From contig CAWCKY010000006.1 of assembly GCA_963796275.1 (NCBI GenBank), positions 1,344,001 to 1,408,000 of the forward strand: a stretch of DNA of 64,000 bases. The letters are read 5' to 3'. The notes under the pieces are model-generated. The model was not told where the DNA came from. It worked only from the letters and a program-made list of their open reading frames with translations, and did no database searches. The DNA comes from an uncultured Acidobacteriota bacterium (GTDB lineage Bacteria; Acidobacteriota; Blastocatellia; RBC074). Shown here one piece after another: positions 57,687-64,000 of this stretch (position 1 is its first letter; the number at the start of each line of letters is the position of its first letter). A program made the translations under genes and the position numbers.

Positions 57687-59153
57687 ATGACACATTTCAA
57701 TTGGTTGCTGGACGGAAGCATCGTCGGCGTCTACCTGCTGGTGACTATGACTGCCGGACTTATGATGCGAAAGTACGTTGGGAAGGTGGAACACTTCCTG
57801 GTAGCGGGGCGCGAGATGGATGTTTATCTAGGCATTGCCTCTCTCGCCGCAACTGAATTCGGTATCGTCACGTGTATGTACACCGCGCAGAACGGCTATG
57901 AGAAAGGCTTTGCCGGCGCGACGCCGGGTATACTTATGGCGCTGGCGATGCTCATAGTGGGAGTCACCGGATTTTGCATCAAGCCTCTGCGGGATTCCGG
58001 GGTGATCACAATTCCCGAACTGATCAACAAGAAATTTGGCCCGCGCATCCGTTGGGCCGCCGGCGTCGTCATCGTCCTGGGCGGCCTGCTCAATATGGGC
58101 GTCTTCCTGCGTACGGGAGGCCAATTCCTCGTGCTGGTGGCCGGTCTGGACGTGAAGTATCTGGAGATAATGATGACCGCGCTTCTCGTAGGTGTTGCCG
58201 TCTACACGATCCTGGGCGGGATGCTTTCGGTTCTGATTACGGATTTTTTGCAGTTCGTCGTGATGAGCATTGGATTGCTCGTGGTGACGGTAATGATTCT
58301 CGTCAATGTCGGCTGGGAGAAACTGATCAGTACGGTCGAGACGCACTATGGCGATGGCGGTTTCAATCCTTTTATCAATCCGACAATGGGTTGGGAGTAT
58401 GTCTTGTTCAATGCCTTGCTCAATACGGCCGCAGTGTTGACCTGGCAGACGACGATTGCGCGCGTGCTGGCGTCTAAAGACACGCAAACTGGGCGCAAGA
58501 TATACACGGGCACTAGTTTCTTCTTCGTATGCCGGTTTTTGATCCCTGGCATCTGGGGCATCGCCGCCCTCGCGACACTGGGGCCCGTCACGGATTCCCT
58601 AGAGGCCATGCCCCGTTATCTCGGTTTGGCGGTGCCAGCCGGGCTAATGGGTATATTGATCGCCGCCATGTTGGCTGCCGATATGTCGACCGATTCATCT
58701 TATATGCTGACCTGGGGCAGTGTGATCTATAACGATATTATGGCTCCATTCCGCCGGTCGCGGTGGACGGAGAAGCGGGGGTTGTTATGGAACCGCGCCA
58801 TCATCGCCCTGATAGGGATATTTCTGCTGATCTATGGTTTATGGTATCCGCTGAAAGGAGACCTCTGGACATACCTTGGTGTGACCGGCACGATCTACCT
58901 GGCGAGCATCTCCGTCTTGCTGATCGCCTGTTGTTACTGGAGGCGCGCCAATAGCTGGGGCGCCGCCGCATCGATCGTCGTCAGTGCGGTCATTCCCGTG
59001 ACCTACCTGGTGCTCGAGCAGCTCGACTCGACCGCTCAACTGGCGAAGGATATCGGCCCATATTATTCGGGTATTGCAGCCTATATCTTCTCCGGCTTGG
59101 CGATGGTCATCGGTTCGCTCCTGAAGCCTGGGGCGAGAGAGGCGGAGTTATGA
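57687..59153 (+). CDS. sodium:solute symporter (SSS) family protein
   Basis: FLVAGR, YTILGGMLSVLITDFLQF, AAMLAADMSTDS, about 13 TMs. Confidence 0.93.
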   Translation: MTHFNWLLDGSIVGVYLLVTMTAGLMMRKYVGKVEHFLVAGREMDVYLGIASLAATEFGIVTCMYTAQNGYEKGFAGATPGILMALAMLIVGVTGFCIKPLRDSGVITIPELINKKFGPRIRWAAGVVIVLGGLLNMGVFLRTGGQFLVLVAGLDVKYLEIMMTALLVGVAVYTILGGMLSVLITDFLQFVVMSIGLLVVTVMILVNVGWEKLISTVETHYGDGGFNPFINPTMGWEYVLFNALLNTAAVLTWQTTIARVLASKDTQTGRKIYTGTSFFFVCRFLIPGIWGIAALATLGPVTDSLEAMPRYLGLAVPAGLMGILIAAMLAADMSTDSSYMLTWGSVIYNDIMAPFRRSRWTEKRGLLWNRAIIALIGIFLLIYGLWYPLKGDLWTYLGVTGTIYLASISVLLIACCYWRRANSWGAAASIVVSAVIPVTYLVLEQLDSTAQLAKDIGPYYSGIAAYIFSGLAMVIGSLLKPGAREAEL

Positions 59154-59320
59154 GTCATTGGTTCTGGTTTTCGCTCACATTCGCGTGCATCGTCTGGTAC
59201 TCAACGATCACGGTCTTTGTCGCCTTCAAGGGAAGCGGCGATATCAAACAGATGCTCGCCCGATTGTCCGAACAGCGCGAGAGTCGGGGGAAAGACGAAA
59301 CAAACGATGATTCTGGATGA
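59150..59320 (+). CDS. 56-aa single-TM protein, probable SSS accessory subunit
   Basis: Manual translation MSHWFWFSLTFACIVWYSTITVFVAFKGSGDIKQMLARLSEQRESRGKDETNDDSG; ATGA overlap with the SSS stop, GGAG RBS. Confidence 0.75.
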   Translation: MSHWFWFSLTFACIVWYSTITVFVAFKGSGDIKQMLARLSEQRESRGKDETNDDSG

Positions 59321-59354
59321 TCCGAGGGGATTTCGCTTACCGAGATTTCATTAA

Positions 59355-60792
59355 CTGTAGTTTCCGGTTTTTCGGTTCGATAGATCATTGAAAACACGAA
59401 GCGAAACGCAATTTCTACGTAGTAGAGGTTTCATTCAAAGTGCGAGAAATGCGCGGGCGACAATGATCAATCAGACGTCGGCGCAGTTGGCCGACGGTCT
59501 CCTCGCGTTTGTACCAAGACCAATTGAGCCTTGGCAGATCAAGTTTGATTAACCCCGTGGCCGCCAGTTTGAGCAGCGCCTGAGCTAGACAAACCAGGAC
59601 GGCCCAGCGTCGGACGCCTGAACCTGAACGGCCCTGGTAATGGCCCAAGCCAAGTTCTTTGGCCTCGTCGAAGTTGGCTTCGACCTGGGTGCGACCGGCA
59701 TAGGCATCGACAGCCGCCCTGGCGTCAAGTTCAAGATCAGTTGTCAGTAAGTACCAGGGTTTGAGTTTCTTCAACTCTGGCACGATGACGACTATCACGC
59801 GTGCCTTCAAGGCGCGCCCTTTATGTACGCCGCGCAAGAGAACTTCGGCGTCATAGATTTCGACCTTTCGCTCTTTGCCTCGGACAGATAACTTGCCGCG
59901 GTGTTTGAGCAATCGATCGGGGAATCTCTTGAGCAACTGGTCAACGCGACATTTCTGCCCATAAGTTTTCTTGCGCCCCTTCTTCGGTTGGCGGCGCGGG
60001 GCGAAGTAAACCACCTGATTGGCTCGCACGCGTCCGAGCGCGAATTGAGAGAGGGCTTCTAGCGCACGTAAAAGTGGGCGTGAAATAATCCCTCGATCAA
60101 CGATCCACACGTGGCGAATGCCTTCTGGCAACCGGAGTTGCGCTGTCAGGATGCCGGCCAGCGCCGGGATGCTCCGGCCTTTGACGTAAAGCAACGCGCC
60201 GCACAGCACGCTCGCCCAACGCATTTTCCCGCGTGCATCGAGATGCAGATAGAGATGCGCGGCGCAAACATAACAGTGCCCTTTGAGATGCCGGGCGCGT
60301 CCGGCCACGCGCTTGGAACGATGGAACCAGCCAAGCGATGCGATCTTTTCGGCATAGGGCTTTTCCGTTTGCGTGCTGTCAGCGATCCAAAACAGGCGCT
60401 CGGGCAACACTCCGCCGTAGCACAATCGCAAGACCAGTTCGGTCAGCTTCGCCATCAACTTCTGTGGCGAGACTCGATGCGTGGTGAAGAAGTCCGAGAT
60501 GCGCGCTGGTTGATATTCGGCCGGGGCAAAGACGCTGGAGCGCACCGTCCCGTGTTTGGTTTCACCGACCAGCAACCCGGTGATCAGCAGGATAAAAGTT
60601 TCAAAGACCTCGACCCGCATCAGCGGGTGAAAGTTAGCGAGCAATTGGGTGATCTCTGATGGTAGGATATTCACGGTTGTTCGTTTCTGTTTTAAGGTTT
60701 AGTCACCAAAAACATCGAACAACTTTGCGAGGAGCGCAACTGCTCCTCGCATTTCCTACCATTATTCAGAGATCAAAAACCGGAAACTACAG
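59355..60792 (-). mobile_element. IS701-like insertion sequence, 1438 bp
   Basis: Perfect 18-bp TIR CTGTAGTTTCCGGTTTTT; 8-bp TSD TTCATTAA at 59347-59354 and 60793-60800. Confidence 0.92.
59415..60674 (-). CDS. DDE transposase (IS701/IS4 superfamily)
   Basis: WIADST, WIVDRG, LLTTD...YAGRTQVEANF. Confidence 0.9.
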   Translation of the reverse strand: MNILPSEITQLLANFHPLMRVEVFETFILLITGLLVGETKHGTVRSSVFAPAEYQPARISDFFTTHRVSPQKLMAKLTELVLRLCYGGVLPERLFWIADSTQTEKPYAEKIASLGWFHRSKRVAGRARHLKGHCYVCAAHLYLHLDARGKMRWASVLCGALLYVKGRSIPALAGILTAQLRLPEGIRHVWIVDRGIISRPLLRALEALSQFALGRVRANQVVYFAPRRQPKKGRKKTYGQKCRVDQLLKRFPDRLLKHRGKLSVRGKERKVEIYDAEVLLRGVHKGRALKARVIVVIVPELKKLKPWYLLTTDLELDARAAVDAYAGRTQVEANFDEAKELGLGHYQGRSGSGVRRWAVLVCLAQALLKLAATGLIKLDLPRLNWSWYKREETVGQLRRRLIDHCRPRISRTLNETSTT

Positions 60793-60816
60793 TTCATTAA
60801 ATACCTCCTCAGAATA

Positions 60817-60882
60817 CAGTTTTAGTTTTTAGTTGCTGATCGAGACAGCTCAGCTAAAAACTAAAACTAAAACTAAAACTGA
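60817..60882. repeat. inverted (TAAAAC/TAAAAAC) array, continued at 62614-62634
   Basis: CAGTTTTAGTTTTTAG ... CTAAAAACTAAAACTAAAACTAAAACTG; same units resume after 62610. Confidence 0.7.
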
Positions 60883-60933
60883 ATTAACTGCTCAGCCTCT
60901 TCGCCGCGTTAGCGGCGGTTGATTGTAGCCGTG

Positions 60934-61045
60934 GGTTTTAACCCACGGTGGTGGTAGATTTTTTCACGTCGCGTCAGCGACGGTTGAATTCAGGCGTCGC
61001 TAACGCGACGCGGGAATATCCTTCAAGCTTCCGTGGGTTAAAACC
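60934..61045 (+). repeat. 112-bp direct repeat, left copy
   Basis: Identical to 62441-62552; abuts the IS left end. Confidence 0.95.
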
Positions 61046-62440
61046 CACTGGTATCTACACAAGTTTTTGCGTTTGGTTGCAAAGAGTTATCGCAATCAAA
61101 CCTACCGAAGAATATGCTCTTTGAATGTTTCTCCTCAAACCTCCATTTGACCCCCGTTTGCAAAGACGGTATGAGAGGCTGGTGAATGAACATCTCCATA
61201 CAAGCGAGAATCAAGCTGCTGGATCGCGTGCGCTGCCGAGCGTTAATGAAGCGTTTGCCAGCACGCAAGCGGCCTGGCGATTTTATGCCAACCCCAATGT
61301 GAAGCTGACGGGGCTGGTCGAACCGTTGGTAGAACAAGCTCGGCGGGAGATGCCGCTTGTCTGTCGACGGTATGGACTGGCGATCCACGACTGGTCTGAT
61401 CTGCGCTACGGAACGCACACGAGCAAGAAGGATCGGAAAAAAATCGGCAGCGACTTGGGCTACAAACTGGCGACCACGTTGCTGCTGAGCGACCAGAGCG
61501 GGGCGCCGATAGCGCCGATCAGCCTTGGGCTGTGGGCCAATGATGGATGGCACACAACGCTTGATGAAGAGAGGCACAGAGATTGGTCGCCCCTGGGATT
61601 GGTGAGCCAGACAATGCGGGCTTCGCAGAAGCAAAAACTGTCGTTGCCGCTGGTCCACATCATTGATCGGGAAGGCGACTCGATCTTTCACTATCGTCAA
61701 TGGAATAGTGAAGGCCATCTGTTTGAAGTACGTGCCAACGGGGAACAGAGAGTTGTTTGGCAGGAGCGGACACAACCGTTGAGCCAGGTCGCAGCACAGG
61801 TCGCCTTGCGCGCTAGCCAAGCGGTAGAGATTTCGGCCAATCTCATTGGGCAACTGTTTGTGGGCGAAACCAGCGTCGTCATTGATCGTCCGGCCTTTCC
61901 CCGCGCGCGCGACGGGGGCAAGCGTCAATGGATCAAAGGTGAGCCGCTCGAACTGCGCTTGATTGTCTGTCAACTGCGCTTGCCCGATGAAACGATTGCG
62001 GCTGAATGGTACTTGCTCAGTAACGTGCCGGCTGGCATCAGCGCTGAGCAACTGGCCGAATGGTACTACTGGCGCTGGAGAATTGAATCTTACTTCAAGT
62101 TGCTTAAAAGCCATGGTTTCCAAGTCGACCAGTGGCAGCAGGAAACTGCTGAGGCGATTGCCAAACGTTTGTTGGTGGTGGCCATGGCTTGTGTCGTAGT
62201 CTGGCACATCCAACGCGCAACGGATCCGCAGACGGTCACCCTGCGCGATCTCTTGGTGCGATTGAGCGGTCGACAAGTTCGGCGTGGGCAACCCACTGCA
62301 CCAGCATTGTTGGCTGGGTTTTGGAGTTTCTTGTCGACACTTGAATTGCTCGAACATTATGACCTCAATGACCTTAAACAGATGGCCCGGCTCATTGTGC
62401 CAGGCTATTCCTAACCGTCGGAAATGTGTAGATACCAGTG
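61046..62440 (+). mobile_element. IS4-family IS50/Tn5-like insertion sequence, 1395 bp
   Basis: 19-bp ends CACTGGTATCTACACAAGT / CACTGGTATCTACACATTT (17/19). The left end shares TACACAAGT with the IS50 outside end. Confidence 0.9.
61125..62414 (+). CDS. IS50/Tn5-like DDE transposase
   Basis: AAWRFYAN, AIHDWSDL, VHIIDREGD, YYWRWRIESYFKLLKS (YREK motif). Confidence 0.93.
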   Translation: MFLLKPPFDPRLQRRYERLVNEHLHTSENQAAGSRALPSVNEAFASTQAAWRFYANPNVKLTGLVEPLVEQARREMPLVCRRYGLAIHDWSDLRYGTHTSKKDRKKIGSDLGYKLATTLLLSDQSGAPIAPISLGLWANDGWHTTLDEERHRDWSPLGLVSQTMRASQKQKLSLPLVHIIDREGDSIFHYRQWNSEGHLFEVRANGEQRVVWQERTQPLSQVAAQVALRASQAVEISANLIGQLFVGETSVVIDRPAFPRARDGGKRQWIKGEPLELRLIVCQLRLPDETIAAEWYLLSNVPAGISAEQLAEWYYWRWRIESYFKLLKSHGFQVDQWQQETAEAIAKRLLVVAMACVVVWHIQRATDPQTVTLRDLLVRLSGRQVRRGQPTAPALLAGFWSFLSTLELLEHYDLNDLKQMARLIVPGYS

Positions 62441-62552
62441 GGTTTTAACCCACGGTGGTGGTAGATTTTTTCACGTCGCGTCAGCGACGGTTGAATTCAG
62501 GCGTCGCTAACGCGACGCGGGAATATCCTTCAAGCTTCCGTGGGTTAAAACC
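62441..62552 (+). repeat. 112-bp direct repeat, right copy
   Basis: Identical to 60934-61045; abuts the IS right end. Confidence 0.95.
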
Positions 62553-62708
62553 AGGTTAAAACCCACGGCTACAATCAACCGCCGCTAACGCGGCGAAGAG
62601 GCTGAGCAGTCACAAACTAAAAACTAAAAACTGTCTAAGCCCCGGGCCAGGCGAATCGACGCCTCTGGCTTTTCAGGTCGTCGCATTGGGACTTTCCTGT
62701 TGCCGGTC

Positions 62709-63668
62709 TCAAATTATCTGATCGAGCAGGTTTTCATCGGAAACAAACCTGCGCAGATTGGTGAGGAAGTGGCGCACCAGCCGCTCCTTTTCGCCGATAT
62801 GCCCGCCGGCCGTGTGGGGCGTGATGAAACAGTTGGGAGCGGTCCAGAGCGGATGTTCCGGCGGCAACGGTTCAGGATCGGTGACATCGAGATAAGCCGC
62901 CGACAGGCGTCCTGAATTCAAAGCCGCCGAAAGCGCTTCCTGATCGACTGTCGCACCACGGCCGATGTTGTAAAAGATCGCGTCTCTTTTCATCGCCGAA
63001 AATCGCGCGGAATTGACGTAATTTCGTGTGCTGGCATTTGCCGGCAGGATGTCGATGACGTGATCCGCCAGAGGCAGATGTTTTTCCAGTTCGGACTCCA
63101 GAATTACTGGGATCGGCTCATCGCCCGCCTTATGTCGCCTGACCGCGATCATATTCATCCGCAGCGGGGTGAGCAGTTCAACCAGGCGCCGCCCGATCGC
63201 GCCGAATCCAAGGAACAATGCGGTCTGGCCGGTGAGCAGAAAAGAGGAGGCGCGTAATTCCATCATAGGCCAGGATCGCTCGCGCAGCTGATTTTCGGTG
63301 GCGTGCGGCAGACGCCGTGCGAGGCTCAGCATCATCGCCAGAACATGCTCGGCGCACGGCTCATCGAAAACGCCCGAGCTGTTGCTGAGTCGTGCGCCGC
63401 GCTTACGTAAATCTTCATATGTCGATTTCGTGTCGAATTTTTCATAGCCGGCGCTGTCCAGGTGAACCCAGCGCAGCGTCGATGATCGCCGTACCACTTC
63501 TGCATTGGGTTGGCCGAACGCGATATCGGCAGTCTCCAGTGATGTCTCGGCTCGATCCATTTCTGTTGAAAGAATCAATTTATGACCGCTTGTTCCCTCG
63601 CGCAGCAGGCTCAGTACAGATTCATCGGACTTAAAGTTGCTCCAAATCTTCAAAGAAGAGTTATTCAT
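62709..63668 (-). CDS. D-2-hydroxyacid dehydrogenase
   Basis: LGFGAIG, YNIGRG, YLDVTDPEPLP, ITPHTAG. Confidence 0.93.
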   Translation of the reverse strand: MNNSSLKIWSNFKSDESVLSLLREGTSGHKLILSTEMDRAETSLETADIAFGQPNAEVVRRSSTLRWVHLDSAGYEKFDTKSTYEDLRKRGARLSNSSGVFDEPCAEHVLAMMLSLARRLPHATENQLRERSWPMMELRASSFLLTGQTALFLGFGAIGRRLVELLTPLRMNMIAVRRHKAGDEPIPVILESELEKHLPLADHVIDILPANASTRNYVNSARFSAMKRDAIFYNIGRGATVDQEALSAALNSGRLSAAYLDVTDPEPLPPEHPLWTAPNCFITPHTAGGHIGEKERLVRHFLTNLRRFVSDENLLDQII

Positions 63669-64000
63669 ACCTCAGCAATATACTTATTCATCCGAAAAAT
63701 GCCAGGTTGAATCATTCATCAGCGAAACCGCCCTAAATCTCTTTTCTGTCATCAATTGCACAGTTTATAATCAATCAACCTGCGCTAAACCGAATACCAG
63801 CTAAGGCGCTCTCTGCACGAGAAACTCCCTCCCCAACGCTCCGGCGATGATTCGCTGGGCCACTACTTGCATCACATTGTCTGGGAGTCATTTATGTCTT
63901 CAATTGAAGACGAACGGAAATGATGAAAATCGCCCGCATGCGTATTACTTCCAGCGCGCATTGAATCACGGGCTGCTAGGGCAATACACCGCGCCGAGAT

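Larger units (their letters stand above)
60887..62610. mobile_element. REP/MITE-like palindromic element (about 206 bp reconstructed) interrupted by an IS
   Basis: Perfect 57-bp terminal IR at 60887-60943 / 62554-62610; internal REP-like hairpins CCGTGGGTTTTAACCCACGG and CGTCGCGTCAGCGACG. Confidence 0.85.

Noticed and set aside
59155-59397. 80-aa minus-strand ORF
   Set aside because: It crosses the IS end and is antisense to the better-supported 59150-59320 gene.
61038-62357. 439-aa antisense ORF across the IS50-like transposase
   Set aside because: It is the codon-aligned mirror frame of the transposase, has no recognisable motifs, and its stop lies outside the IS, so it is a shadow ORF.
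60934-62552. Repeats read as a CRISPR array or composite transposon
   Set aside because: There are only two long copies around one IS, with no repeat-spacer periodicity, cas genes or cargo.
63840-64000. Possible gene start at the right edge
   Set aside because: The ATG-initiated frames stop quickly, and the open frame has no clear start or motif.

Overview
Bacterial chromosomal window, probably Acidobacteriota. This is inferred from three Oar-type TonB-dependent receptors, a planctomycete-type cytochrome c/DUF1501 pair and a membrane-anchored wHTH regulator. It holds about 45 genes for transport, glycan/sulfate catabolism, cell-wall remodelling, proteolysis and signalling. I recognised no rRNA, tRNA or CRISPR array. 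Seven otherwise intact genes carry single-base indels, most likely consensus errors. The most unusual structure is a nested mobile hotspot at 59.3-62.6 kb: an IS50/Tn5-like IS sits in a REP-like palindromic element and is flanked by an exact 112-bp direct repeat whose ends are the two symmetric arms of the palindrome, next to a possible 10-bp insertion footprint and an IS701-like element with an 8-bp TSD. Many gene junctions also carry long inverted structures, several built from degenerate 7- or 9-mer tandem arrays. Other candidates are a TIMP-like protein plus matrixin protease beside a two-component system, a degenerate sigma54-activator-like protein, a Tat-signal PLP enzyme linked to a GT2-DUF4922-SpoIID cluster, and M23-LDT and Nudix-MBL fusions. 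All family calls come from motif recognition; no database search was run.
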